In this document: positions 22,001 through 31,238 of the stretch, piece by piece
Numbering within the stretch: the first letter of the stretch is position 1
Layout of the letters: each line of letters begins with the position of its first letter
NCBI GenBank assembly: GCA_963850305.1
Contig: CAWKKR010000004.1
Span: 224,001-288,000 of the forward strand
DNA from: an uncultured delta proteobacterium
GTDB taxonomy: Bacteria > Myxococcota_A > Polyangia > Polyangiales > Polyangiaceae
Reading direction: 5' to 3'
DNA length: 64,000 bases
Position numbers and translations under genes: made by a program
Notes under the pieces: generated by a model
Seen by the model: the letters and a program-made list of their open reading frames with translations, nothing else
Databases searched by the model: none
Told to the model about the DNA's origin: nothing

Positions 22001-22134
22001 TCCGTGCGCGGTGCCTGCTCGAGCAGGTTGGTCGCGAGATCACCACCATAGAGCACCTGGCGCGCGAGAGCTTCTTCCACGTCTCGAAGCGACGCCAGCT
22101 TCCGCTGCACGATCGCCGAGCTCAGCTTGCCCAT
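19045..22134 (-). CDS. FrgA-like protein: GspE/PilB N-terminal domain, Pro-rich linkers, GAF-like domain, HEAT repeats
   Basis: KLSSAIVQRKLAS...EALARQVLYGGDLATNLLE...VPGDVAFRHGLYP...LVIAVSEP (T2SSE_N-like); HEAT-like C-terminus ending WDTWW...QEWW; no ATPase motifs. Confidence 0.7.
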   Translation of the reverse strand: MGKLSSAIVQRKLASLRDVEEALARQVLYGGDLATNLLEQAPRTDEQALIELLAETHQLQAAPAGELPRASVETRSLVPGDVAFRHGLYPLERAGDSLVIAVSEPMRPEVEQDLRFGLGVSLVQRVAPLVRVRQAISRDYRLPLDRRTERVVAKLEGKPDPSPSMVPSAFAAVPDITSLPRPPSIPALGLPGETSPSYGAIGLRAPQLVLKAPVTIHAPTILTAPVVAVAEPEPADESIHERLTAPAPAVAPRTDEGTRPWPVVIEPNAALFSRVTAPTPPGDPNSTPPAPDVSRPPAVALPSEPPRLAPHAPPERRSEPPPTTTRGPSPTSVTPHPGPPRAAVAVASPSPSHAPSVRPSSIPPGAPRRMAGFVLAPTADEASRRGRSRHRGPYTAAEAEKDLLEADGRDGVLAAFFDFCCQYFEYSVLFAVHGDLAEGRMSRGPGADQAKVNGIGVPLDLPGSLATVRAEGRFNIAPLAKDGLDARLAIDLERRADKKVLLLPLTVRDRCVLILYGDHGAVDVALSEIGDVLSFSSLVATALENVILRKKTAVRRAVDGDHSAASIRPSLRPRSLMPSREERVDALAQALETTVRPVTLPEPPRAEAESTSKRIDTKRGIPSPAQPPPLPISRHATPAQGTPRHASVPPPAELGTPVFALSKRVTPAYASTLPDGALSLKPPRPTPRVRAVDDGPAIESQEVEWSADDEDVVRGVPDSQVVVAAKLPVKPHSSEELRLPTVILNIDHDLDALVNRLLRGDEGAIDGLVQHGVNAASLLVSQFPGPVTEDSDRLAAKERASERGPVLKALARIGLPAVPFLVVRSNDREPSVRAWATQLLGEIATVDSAHAVARRVSDAQSDVRRAAIEAGRLLQADEDARTALRDAVLAIAEDKTGSVDTRVAALEALAHFRDGRAVPRLVKLVAGNDDIGQSAQWALGLITRQALGRDVEAWDTWWRANADRHRIEWLIDSLMHDDADIRRATGEELKTLTKEYFGYYDDLSAAERGKAQRRYQEWWESAGKARFGR

Positions 22135-22216
22135 GGCTTCATCTTCGAAATGCTATCGAGAATGCGGATTGCGGGCAGGCTCACGGCTGCCATCTCCCGC
22201 GAGTGTAGTCCTGCTC

Positions 22217-22936
22217 TCATCGCACGAGAAACCACTTCGTTTCCGGCTTGATTTCCAGGTGCAGGTGGTCGTGATGTGCGTGGTTGAAGTGCGGCGTGAG
22301 CATGCAATGAAAGAGCCGCAGGTCTTTTGCCTCGCAAAGGATACTCTGGAGCTCTCGGCCGCGGCGGCTCGCCAGCCGCCGGGCTCCCTTCCCGCACGTC
22401 CTTGCACCGATGGAAGGCGGCCACTCTGCCTGGACAGAAAGCAGCGCGCCGCCGCTTTTTCTCAGCGCGCCCACGTCGATGGCCATGCCGCCGGGATGCC
22501 TGAGCGCCACCCCCCCCTTACCCTCCACGACGTCGTCGTTCGGGCGGTACATCGTGAAGTGAATGACCTCCACCACGTCGTGATTCGAGAGCACCTGGGC
22601 AAAGTCGTCGAGCGCGAGCGCCAGACGCGCGTCGAGGATCTCGAACGGCGTCGACTTTCGTTGTTCCGCGGGCAGACTCGAGTGGACCCACACACCGTGC
22701 AGTTTCCCGGCAAGCCGGATGGGCAAGCGCACACCCTTGGCTTCTGCGACGCGTTCGAACTCGATGTGGCGGCGTTCGAGCTCTGCCAGGGCGTCGGCGT
22801 CGGACAGATTCGCGTAACGGCTCGCCGGCGAGGCCAGCGCCTCCGCCGGAGGCGGTAATTCGAGCGGGTCGGCCGCCGCAGCGCGCGCGATCAGCGCCAC
22901 GGAGACGACCAATGCCAACCGAACGCGGTAGGTCAA
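22217..22936 (-). CDS. extensin-like / LAS-type Zn metallopeptidase family, secreted
   Basis: Signal peptide; RHPGGMAIDV and LTPHFNHAHHDHLHLE (H-x6-D / HxH) motifs. Confidence 0.7.
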   Translation of the reverse strand: MTYRVRLALVVSVALIARAAAADPLELPPPAEALASPASRYANLSDADALAELERRHIEFERVAEAKGVRLPIRLAGKLHGVWVHSSLPAEQRKSTPFEILDARLALALDDFAQVLSNHDVVEVIHFTMYRPNDDVVEGKGGVALRHPGGMAIDVGALRKSGGALLSVQAEWPPSIGARTCGKGARRLASRRGRELQSILCEAKDLRLFHCMLTPHFNHAHHDHLHLEIKPETKWFLVR

Positions 22937-23544
22937 CGCGTGACCGCTCCGGGCGCCAGCGCAAAGTTCGCCTCACCGTCGATGTGCTCGCCCGCCAGGT
23001 AGCGACGAAGGAGTGACGTGATTTCCGTCTCGAGGACCGGTCCTCCGAAGAAAAAACGAAGCTTGCCAGTTGGATCGAAGAGAAACGTGGCCGGGAGCAT
23101 GCCTGGCCAGCGTGGGTTCATGGCGGACTTGAACGCCCCGAGCGGCCCCTGGACGATGTAGCTCGGCAGGGGCGCACCGAGTTCCCGTAGCATCGACGCG
23201 GCGGCGGCGCGGGTCTCGGGCTCGTCCACCGATACGAACCAGATGTCGATGCTCGTCCCGAAAGTCTTCTCGAGCCCGAGGAGCATCGGCATGTCGCCCT
23301 TGCACGAGCCGCACCAGCTCGCCCAAGCATTCACGACGATCCCTCGCGCCCGCGATTGCCGAACGTGCGCCAGCAAAGTCGGGCCGTCCACCGGCACCAG
23401 GCCGTCTCCCAGCGGACGCGGCGGTGAGGAAGAAGAAGACGGGCCCCGCCTGGTCACATTCCCAAAAGGCTCACTCAACGCGAACGCCGCGACGAGAGAG
23501 AGACCGACGAGAATCACGCCGCGCGCCATCGTCCGAGAGGACAT
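22933..23544 (-). CDS. TlpA/ResA-like thiol-disulfide oxidoreductase
   Basis: N-terminal TM, VVNAWASWCGSCK, LPATFLFD. Confidence 0.85.
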   Translation of the reverse strand: MSSRTMARGVILVGLSLVAAFALSEPFGNVTRRGPSSSSSPPRPLGDGLVPVDGPTLLAHVRQSRARGIVVNAWASWCGSCKGDMPMLLGLEKTFGTSIDIWFVSVDEPETRAAAASMLRELGAPLPSYIVQGPLGAFKSAMNPRWPGMLPATFLFDPTGKLRFFFGGPVLETEITSLLRRYLAGEHIDGEANFALAPGAVTR

Positions 23545-23646
23545 CGAGCGTTCTTTTAACCCAGAAACGCCCTCTCGACATTTCGCTCGTCCACGGGCAC
23601 GCGTTGGTGTTGCGATTGATCGCGACGTGAGCGAGCATGCCGCGCG

Positions 23647-24141
23647 GTGACGGACCTCATTGCATTCACTGACGGAGGGTGTCGCGGTAACCCCGGCGTC
23701 GGCGCCTGGGCCTTCGTCCTCGTCGACCCGAAGACGCGACGCGCCCTGGAACGCGCAGGGGGCGAGCCGAAGACAACCAACAACCGCATGGAGATGTGGG
23801 CCGCGATCGCGGCGCTGATGGAAGTTCCGCCCGAGGAGTCCTCCGTGCTGGTGCTGAGCGACAGCAAATATCTCATCGGATGTTGTACGGAATGGATGCC
23901 GGGCTGGAAGGCCAAGGGATGGAGGCGGAAGGGGGAACCGCTCAAGAATCTGGACCTGCTGCAAAAGCTCGACGAGCTGCTGAGTCCCCGAAAAGTCGAT
24001 TTTCGCTGGGTCGCGGGTCACTCGGGGCACGAGGGCAACGACCATGTCGACCGTCTCGCGAACGAAGCCATGGATTGGATCCAGGCCGGCATAGATCCGA
24101 CCCATGAGCGTCGCTTCGAGTGGACGGGTTCGCTGCGCTGA
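23647..24141 (+). CDS. rnhA: ribonuclease HI
   Basis: FTDGGCRGNPG, TTNNRME, SDSKY, WKAKGW, KNLDL, WVAGHSGHEGNDHVDRLA. Confidence 0.95.
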   Translation: MTDLIAFTDGGCRGNPGVGAWAFVLVDPKTRRALERAGGEPKTTNNRMEMWAAIAALMEVPPEESSVLVLSDSKYLIGCCTEWMPGWKAKGWRRKGEPLKNLDLLQKLDELLSPRKVDFRWVAGHSGHEGNDHVDRLANEAMDWIQAGIDPTHERRFEWTGSLR

Positions 24142-24151
24142 GCCCCGTCCG

Positions 24152-25174
24152 TCAGGCGGCCTTGGCCTCGATCCTCTTCGCGAGCGAAGGGAGCGCGCCG
24201 CAGACGTCAGTGAGGATCGCTCTGCAGAGCTCCCCTGACGCGAGGAGCGCATCCCGCGCCTTGTCCCGCCCCTGGCCGAAACTCTTGCCGGCATACGCGT
24301 AGTGCGAGCCATTCTTTTCCACGACGCCGCAGCCCTCCGCGACGTCGAGCAAGTCCGTCGGCGCGTCGATGCCGATACCCCAGCGGATGTCGAACTCCGC
24401 TTCGGCAAAAGGATGGGCGCACTTGTTCTTCACCACTTTCACGCGTGTTCGATTCCCGACGGTGGTCTCCCCGACGCTCACCTTCCCGATGCGGCGCACG
24501 TCGAGTCGCACGCTCGCGAAGAACTTGAGCGCATTGCCGCCGGTCGTCGTCTCGGGATTTCCGAAGACGACACCGATTTTCTGGCGCAGCTGGTTGATGA
24601 AGAGCAGCGTCGTGTCGGTCTTGTGGGTCACCGGAGTGAGCTTCCGTAACGCCTGACTCATGAGGCGGGCGTGCAATCCCATGTGGGCATCTCCCATGTC
24701 GCCCTCGATCTCCGCCTTCGGGACGAGTGCGGCCACCGAGTCCACCACGACGAGATCGACCGCGCCGGAGCGGGTCAAGATCTCGGCGATGTCCAGCGCT
24801 TGTTCCCCGAAGTCGGGCTGCGAGACGAGAAGCCGCGACGGATCGACGCCGATGGCCCTGGCGTAGGCGACGTCGAAGGCGTGCTCCGCGTCGATGAACG
24901 CGGCCACGCCCCCTGCCCGCTGAACGCTCGCGATCGCATGAAGGGTCAGGGTCGTCTTGCCGCTCGATTCAGGGCCGAATACCTCCACTATGCGTCCGCG
25001 TGGATATCCCCCGATACCGAGCGCCTCGTCGAGCGCAAGCGACCCGGAGCGGATGACGGCCCCGACGTCGGTGATGGGCCCGTCCCCGAGCCACAGCACG
25101 GCTCCTTTGCCGAACGCTTTCTCGATGCTGCCAATCGCGCTCTTCAGACTCTCATCGTTGATTTTTTCGGACAT
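24152..25174 (-). CDS. recA: recombinase RecA (divergent, possibly a paralogous second copy)
   Basis: [70 protein letters not shown]. Confidence 0.96.
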   Translation of the reverse strand: MSEKINDESLKSAIGSIEKAFGKGAVLWLGDGPITDVGAVIRSGSLALDEALGIGGYPRGRIVEVFGPESSGKTTLTLHAIASVQRAGGVAAFIDAEHAFDVAYARAIGVDPSRLLVSQPDFGEQALDIAEILTRSGAVDLVVVDSVAALVPKAEIEGDMGDAHMGLHARLMSQALRKLTPVTHKTDTTLLFINQLRQKIGVVFGNPETTTGGNALKFFASVRLDVRRIGKVSVGETTVGNRTRVKVVKNKCAHPFAEAEFDIRWGIGIDAPTDLLDVAEGCGVVEKNGSHYAYAGKSFGQGRDKARDALLASGELCRAILTDVCGALPSLAKRIEAKAA

Positions 25175-25327
25175 CGGTCCACTCCTTCGCGCCCGAGGCG
25201 GGCAGGAGGGACGATGCAGGCGTCGTGCCGCGCGAAAAGAAGCGAGGGACCGCGATGAATCAGGCGGCGAACGTCAGCCTCGCCATGGCCGACGTCATCC
25301 CGTGGGTACCGGTCGACGACGCGGCGA

Positions 25328-26458
25328 TCAATGATCCCGGGAGTCGCACGCCATGCCGGTCGCGACGCCGCCGTCCGCAGCGATCGCGGAGTCACAGAAG
25401 CCCGCTCGTCCGGTGAGCGTTTGGCCGGGTGCGTACGGCACGCAGACTTCTCGCGCGTCGCCGCAGTCCGCGTCGCAATCGCAGAGCTTCGCGCAGGAGC
25501 CCGAGTCGTCCAGACCAGCGGGAACCGAGTTCTCGAAGACACAGTAAGTGTCGTAGGGCGGCCCCTTGCTCGTATCCGCACCGCAGCCCGCGGTCCCGAG
25601 CGTGCAATACCCGCTGCATTCGGCGCCGCCTCCGGACGTGATGCAATACCCGGCGCACGTGGATCCGGAAGGGTCGCACGGCGTACCGACGGGATCGCCG
25701 CCGATCTTCGTCGGGGAGCAAAGGCCGGTCCCGTAATCACAGTGCTCCGACCCGCAGTCCGCGTCGCTTCCGCATGTCGGAAAGCAGTAACCGAAGCCCG
25801 TACCCGATCCGTCGTCGTTGCACGACATGTCCGCGCGCGAGCGGCACTTGTCCTCGAAGGCGCCCGGATCCCCGAGAGCACACCCCGGCAAACAGAGGGC
25901 ACGCGTGCCCGCCCCGACGATCACGCATTCGGTGTTCGGGTCGAGGTTGCCGCAGGTGGTCGGGTCGTTCGAGCAGTCGAGAGTGCACACACCGTTCGCG
26001 GGACCTTCGCCGGAAAACGCGGTCGACGAGCTCGGCACGCACGAGAGCGGGGTCCGGCAATCCTGATTCGTGTTGCACGACGCACCGAACAGCCCCGACG
26101 TTGGACCCGAATTTGGAAACGAGGGCCCGCTGTCCACCGTTACAGAGCCTCCGCTCGACGCACCGCCATTCCCGGCGCCGCCCGCGGATGAGCCGCCCGC
26201 GGATGAGCCGCCCGCGGACGCGCCGCCTGCGGACGCACCGCCGTGCGACGTCCCGGAGTCGAGATCGCACGTGCAGTCGCCGTAACCGGAACTGTCCGAC
26301 TTGCAGATCTGGCGTCCGAGGCAATTCTCCGGGCCCACGCACGAGATTGATCTCCCGGCCGCGCACGTCGAGTTCTCCGAATGTCCGCCGCAAGCGACGG
26401 GCCCGAGACTCGCGGCAAGGATAGCGCCAAGGAACACGACCAGGACCGGTTTCCCCAT
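25328..26458 (-). CDS. Cys-rich lipoprotein
   Basis: Lipobox PVAC, GGSSA linker repeats, many CxxDxDC modules. Confidence 0.8.
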   Translation of the reverse strand: MGKPVLVVFLGAILAASLGPVACGGHSENSTCAAGRSISCVGPENCLGRQICKSDSSGYGDCTCDLDSGTSHGGASAGGASAGGSSAGGSSAGGAGNGGASSGGSVTVDSGPSFPNSGPTSGLFGASCNTNQDCRTPLSCVPSSSTAFSGEGPANGVCTLDCSNDPTTCGNLDPNTECVIVGAGTRALCLPGCALGDPGAFEDKCRSRADMSCNDDGSGTGFGYCFPTCGSDADCGSEHCDYGTGLCSPTKIGGDPVGTPCDPSGSTCAGYCITSGGGAECSGYCTLGTAGCGADTSKGPPYDTYCVFENSVPAGLDDSGSCAKLCDCDADCGDAREVCVPYAPGQTLTGRAGFCDSAIAADGGVATGMACDSRDH

Positions 26459-26592
26459 GCGCGCGAGGCTAGATGACGCCCGGCGCGCGGGCAACGGCCG
26501 CGGCGTTCAGGGCCGTTTCGTGACACGGCGCGTTTGCCGGCACCGATCGGTCGAGAAATGGTGGAGGATGAAGGTCGACACGGCAAAAGCGC

Positions 26593-27555
26593 ATGGATTC
26601 ATCGATGATTGAAGCGCATGGCCTCGCTCGCACCTTTCAGGCGCGAAGTGGTCCGGTCGAGGCCGTGCGCGGCGTCGATTTCCACGTCGCGAAGGAAGAG
26701 ATCGTTGGCTTCCTGGGTCCGAATGGCGCCGGCAAGACCACGACCCAGCGAATGCTGGCGACGCTTCTGACCCCCACCTCCGGCGAAGCGCGCGTCGCCG
26801 GCTGCGACCTGAGACGCGATCCGGTCGGTGTTCGACGGCGTATCGGTTACGTCGCGCAGGAGCACAGCTTGAACCCCTCCGCGACCGTCGCGGAAGAGCT
26901 CCGGCTCCAGGCCCAGCTTTATGGGGTACCGAGAGCGGACGCGGACCGCCGCGCAACCGAGCTCTACGAGATGCTCGAGCTGACGGGGCTCGCCGATCGA
27001 AAAACGGGGACGCTCTCCGGCGGGCAGCGGCGCAGGCTCGACATCGCGCTCGGGCTCGTCCATCGCCCGTCGCTCGTGTTCCTGGACGAACCGACCACGG
27101 GGCTCGACCCGCAGAGCCGCGCGAATCTCTGGCAGCACGTGCGTCACCTGCGCGACGAACGCGGCGCGGCCGTCTTCCTCACCACGCATTATCTCGAGGA
27201 AGCGGACGCGCTCTGCGATCGGATCCTCATCATCGACCAGGGTCGCATCGTCGCCGAGGGCACTCCCGACGCGCTGAAGCGACGCATCTCGGGCGATCTC
27301 GTGACGCTCGCGGTGCGCGGCCCTGTCGAGCGCGCGCGGGAGCTGCTCGTCGGCACACCGGGAGTCCGCGACGTGACGGTGCTGGACGGCGCGGTGCGCG
27401 CGACGGTGGACCGCGGCGCAGAGCAAGGTCCCTCGCTCTTCCGCGCGCTCGAGTCTTCCGGCATCTCCGTCGAGAGCTTCGCCATGTCGCGCCCATCGCT
27501 CGACGACGTGTTCCTGACGCTCACCGGTCATTCGCTCCGTGAAACGAACGACTGA
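26593..27555 (+). CDS. DrrA-family ABC exporter ATP-binding subunit
   Basis: GPNGAGKTT, LSGGQRRRLDIA, FLDEPTTGLDP, TTHYLEEAD, PSLDDVFL. Confidence 0.93.
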   Translation: MDSSMIEAHGLARTFQARSGPVEAVRGVDFHVAKEEIVGFLGPNGAGKTTTQRMLATLLTPTSGEARVAGCDLRRDPVGVRRRIGYVAQEHSLNPSATVAEELRLQAQLYGVPRADADRRATELYEMLELTGLADRKTGTLSGGQRRRLDIALGLVHRPSLVFLDEPTTGLDPQSRANLWQHVRHLRDERGAAVFLTTHYLEEADALCDRILIIDQGRIVAEGTPDALKRRISGDLVTLAVRGPVERARELLVGTPGVRDVTVLDGAVRATVDRGAEQGPSLFRALESSGISVESFAMSRPSLDDVFLTLTGHSLRETND

Positions 27556-27562
27556 GGCCGAG

Positions 27563-28324
27563 ATGCGCGTTCTATCGGAATCCGTCCTGGTCTTTCGGTA
27601 TCACTTCAAGCTCCTCGTACGAGAGCCCATCTGGGTCGCCATCGCGCTCGTTCAACCGCTGTTCTATCTCGCGCTGTTCGGTCCGCTCCTCGAACCGCTG
27701 ACGCGCGTGAAAGGGTTTCCGGGCGGCAACTCCTGGCAAGTGTTCGTGCCGGGGTTGCTGATCCAGCTCGGTATCTTCGGCAGCCTGTTCGTGGGGTTCG
27801 GGCTCATCGGCGAGATCCGAGACGGCGTGGTCGAGCGGATGCGCGTGACGCCGGCGAGTCGCTTCGCGCTGCTGTTCGGAAGGGTGCTCCGCGACACGCT
27901 CGTCCTGTCGGCACAGGCCATTCTCCTGTCGCTAGTCGCGGCGATATTCGGACTGCGGGTGCCGCTCGCGGGGGCGCTCGCGACACTCGGGATCATCATG
28001 CTCCTCGGAATGTCGCTCTCGTCATTTTCGTATGCGGCGGCGCTGCGCCTCAAGAGCGAGGACGTCCTTGCTCAGCTCCTCAACACGATCTCGATCCCCG
28101 CGCTCCTGCTCTCGGGCATTCTCCTGCCGATGTCGCTCGCGCCGCGGTGGCTGTACTTGCTGTCGCGGTTGAACCCGTTCAGCTACGTCGTGGACGGCGC
28201 GCGAGCTGCGTTCCGCGACGACTTCTCGGACTTCTCGCTCCCCGCCGGGTTCGCCGCTGCCCTGCTGCTCGCCGGCAGCGGCCTGTACGTCGCTACGAGG
28301 ATCTTCACCCAGGAATCTGCTTGA
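27563..28324 (+). CDS. ABC-2 type exporter permease
   Basis: 6 TMs, FVPG, ERMRVTPASR, NPFSYVVDGAR. Confidence 0.92.
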   Translation: MRVLSESVLVFRYHFKLLVREPIWVAIALVQPLFYLALFGPLLEPLTRVKGFPGGNSWQVFVPGLLIQLGIFGSLFVGFGLIGEIRDGVVERMRVTPASRFALLFGRVLRDTLVLSAQAILLSLVAAIFGLRVPLAGALATLGIIMLLGMSLSSFSYAAALRLKSEDVLAQLLNTISIPALLLSGILLPMSLAPRWLYLLSRLNPFSYVVDGARAAFRDDFSDFSLPAGFAAALLLAGSGLYVATRIFTQESA

Positions 28325-28335
28325 GTGGGGCCATC

Positions 28336-29155
28336 ATGGGAGACTTCGAAAGGGACACTCGGGTCGAGGAAACGGCGACTGGATTCCGCGCCGTCGTGAG
28401 CAAGGAGTGGGAGATTCTGGGGCCCGAACGGCGGATATCTGTGCACGTTCGCGCTCCGCGCTGCCGCTGCGAAGGCCAGGATCCCGCGCCCCGTCGCGTT
28501 CTATGCACACTACCTCCGGAGCCCGAGGTTCGAAGAAGTGACCCTGACGGTGGACACTTTGATGCAGGGTCGCCGGACGGAGGCATTCGAAGTACGCATG
28601 AGCCAGGGCGACAAACCCGTGCTCGTCGCGATGGTGCGGACGGCGGCGGCGGCGCCCGGCCTCGTCCACGACGTGGTAACCGCGCCCGCCGTGTGCTCGC
28701 CCGAGGACGCGCCGGACGTCGCGAATCTGCGCCCCGCCGGAGGTCCTCCGCCGCCACGGTTCTTCGATAACCTGGACGTCCGGGTGCTCGTTCCCGAACG
28801 GTTTGCCATACCCCGACCGACGCTGCCGCCGACGTTCCTCGAGTGGTACCGGTTTCGTTCCGCGGACAGCCATGCCGATCCGTTCGTCGATGCAGCACGG
28901 AGCCTCGTCTTGATCGACACCCTGTGCTGGCCCGCGACGGTCATGGCGCACCCGAACCCCGCGTTCTTCGCTCCGAGTCTCGACGTCGGAGTCTGGTTTC
29001 ACAGGTCCGCGCCCGACGAGGACTGGCTTCTCGCGGAAGCGACCTCGGAGGTCGCGGACGGGGGGACCATCGGCGGGCGGGCGCGCGTGTTTTCGCGAGC
29101 GGGCAAGCTGCTTGCCTCGGGCGGCACGGGCCTGCTCTGCATGCCGTCCGGTTAG
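28336..29155 (+). CDS. TesB-like double-hotdog thioesterase (apparent +1 frameshift at ~28414)
   Basis: MGDFERDTRV...WEI joins WGPNGGYL after removing one T in GATTCTGG; C-terminus has SLDVGVWFH...WLL...GKLLASG. Confidence 0.8.
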
Positions 29156-29228
29156 TCTCGCCTCTCGCGCGGTCGCACGGCGGTGCTAGCATGCGTAACG
29201 GCGGCGTTCGTCGACGCCGAGTGGGCAC

Positions 29229-29831
29229 ATGAGCTCGATGATTCGCGCGAGTTACACCAAGCTCGCGCTCCGCCATTTCAAACAGCACACGCCGGAGGAG
29301 TACGAGAAGATCCGCGCGAGCGTGGGCGGCGCCACGCTCGCGGCGATTCGTGATGCCGGCGCGCTCGCGTTCCTTCCGGCGGAGACCCACGCCAAGGTCG
29401 CCGCGGCGACCGTATCCACGTTCGGCGCTCGCGAGGCACGACTGGCCTGGCGCGACGTGATGCTCGGAGCCTTCAACCGCGCCATGTTGCGCCCGCTCGT
29501 CGGTAGCGCGCTGCGACTCTACGGGAGAAGCCCTTCCAGCATCATGCGCATGACGCCGCAGGGGTGGTCCCTCGTCTTTCGAGACTGCGGAAAGTCATGG
29601 ATGGATGCAGTGGGCACGCATCGAGCCGTCATGCGCTTCGAAGGGTTGCCCCGCGTGATCGCGGAGAGCGAGGGCATGATCGAGTCCTTCGTCGCGAACT
29701 GCGACGCCGCGTTGTCCTATGTGGGTTACTTCGGCAAGGCAGCAGCTGCGCGCGACGAGCTCGCGGTCGGACGCCTGTCCATCGACGTGACGTGGCAACC
29801 GTCGAGTCCGCCGGACGGTCCGTCGAAGTAG
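29229..29831 (+). CDS. myxobacterial hypothetical protein (DUF2378/V4R-like small-ligand-binding fold)
   Basis: 200 aa; pattern W...PQGWSLVFRDCG...AVMRFEGLP...IDVTW resembles this family; assignment tentative. Confidence 0.5.
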   Translation: MSSMIRASYTKLALRHFKQHTPEEYEKIRASVGGATLAAIRDAGALAFLPAETHAKVAAATVSTFGAREARLAWRDVMLGAFNRAMLRPLVGSALRLYGRSPSSIMRMTPQGWSLVFRDCGKSWMDAVGTHRAVMRFEGLPRVIAESEGMIESFVANCDAALSYVGYFGKAAAARDELAVGRLSIDVTWQPSSPPDGPSK

Positions 29832-29949
29832 CGGCGCCGGTGAATCGCGCCCGGAAGCGGTCCATTCCACTCGGCGACCTGGTCCTTCTCGGCGTGGAAG
29901 GCTATGTTGCATCGGCACACCAACTCCGGGGGGCGGAGAGATTTTTCGA

Positions 29950-30510
29950 GTGAACAAGCTCATCGTCATGTTGACCAGCACTCGCCCAGGCCGGGTCTGC
30001 GTGCCCGTCGGTACCTGGTTTCACGAGTTCGCGGTCCGCCACGGCAACTTCGACGTCACCCTGGTCGATCTCAAGGAGGTGAATCTCCCCGCTCTGGACG
30101 AGCCCCACCACCCGATGCGCCGGCAGTACCAGCACGACCACACCAAAGCGTGGAGCGCCGTCGTGAGCGCTGCCGACGCGTTCGTCTTCGTCACGCCGGA
30201 ATACAACTATGGGCTGCCGCCCGCGCTGGTGAACGCTCTCGATCATCTCTATCACGAGTGGCACTACAAGCCCGCCTCCTTCGTGAGCTACGGAGGGATA
30301 TCGGGCGGGCTCCGCTCCGTGCAGATGTCGAAGCAGATCCTGACCACGCTGAAGATGATGCCCATCCCAGAAGCGGTCGCGATCCCGTTCGTCGCAAAGT
30401 CGATCGACGAGGGCGTCTTCAAGCCCGGCAGCACTCTCGATGATTCCGCAAAGAAGATGCTGGACGAGCTCCATCGCTGGACCGAAGCGCTGAAGACCTT
30501 GCGCGGCTAA
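29950..30510 (+). CDS. NADPH-dependent FMN reductase
   Basis: STRPGR, ADAFVFVTPEYNYG, NALDHLYHEW, VSYGGISGGLR. Confidence 0.93.
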   Translation: MNKLIVMLTSTRPGRVCVPVGTWFHEFAVRHGNFDVTLVDLKEVNLPALDEPHHPMRRQYQHDHTKAWSAVVSAADAFVFVTPEYNYGLPPALVNALDHLYHEWHYKPASFVSYGGISGGLRSVQMSKQILTTLKMMPIPEAVAIPFVAKSIDEGVFKPGSTLDDSAKKMLDELHRWTEALKTLRG

Positions 30511-30794
30511 CCAGCCTGGGGCTTCCTACGTCAGGGTGACGCGGCACGGTCTCCGGCGGGAAGCCGATCCCCGCGTCCGCCGCCCGCGCGACCGCCCCGG
30601 TCGGGAGCGGAGCCGGAAGAAGAGACAGTCCGACTGATGTGTCTCTGCGCGCTCGGTCCGCGTCGTTGCGCTCCCCGGTCTGTGTCCTCGAGGCACCCGG
30701 TTTACATCCCCCCAGGACCGAATCTGTGATTGAACAGAGCTGGACCTGTAACCAAGGGTCCCGGTCTATTCCGTCACCCAGGCACCCGGTCGCT

Positions 30795-31238
30795 CACGCG
30801 TCCGTCGGCGTCGAGAGGCACGTCTCGAGCGTCGAGAGGCACGTCTCGAGCATCGAGGGGCACGTCTCGAGCGTCGAGAGGCACGTCTCGAGCATCGAGG
30901 GGCACGTCTCGAGCGTCGAGAGGCACGTCTCGAGCGTCGAGAAGCACGTCTCGAGCGTCGAGAAGCACGTCTCGAGCGTCGAGAGGCACGTCTCGAGCGT
31001 CGAGAGGCACGTCTCGAGCGTCGAGGGGCACGTCTCGAGCGTCGAGAGGCACGTCTCGAGCGTCGAGGACACGTCCGTCGGCGTCGAGGGGCACGTCTCG
31101 AGCGTCGAGAGGCACGTCTCGAGCGTCGAGGGGCACGTCTCGAGCGTCGAGAGGCACGTCTCGAGCGTCGAGAAGCACGTCTCGAGCGTCGAGAAGCACG
31201 TCTCGAGCGTCGAGAAGCACGTCTCGAGCGTCGAGGGG
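30795..31238. repeat. 21-bp tandem minisatellite, about 21 units
   Basis: Consensus CACGTCTCGAGCGTCGAGAGG: 19 canonical units plus 2 variant units containing CGTCCGTCGGCG; variation among canonical units is almost all A/G; no spacers. Confidence 0.97.

Noticed and set aside
22933..24408. 491-aa ORF spanning rnhA antisense
   Set aside because: Only the last ~203 codons are TlpA-like. The upstream part is the antisense shadow of rnhA in GC-rich DNA.
26170..26240. 15-bp repeats as an independent element
   Set aside because: They simply encode the GG(A/S)SA linker of the Cys-rich lipoprotein.
30795..31238. CRISPR array
   Set aside because: Units are directly abutting with no unique spacers, and there are no cas genes in the window.
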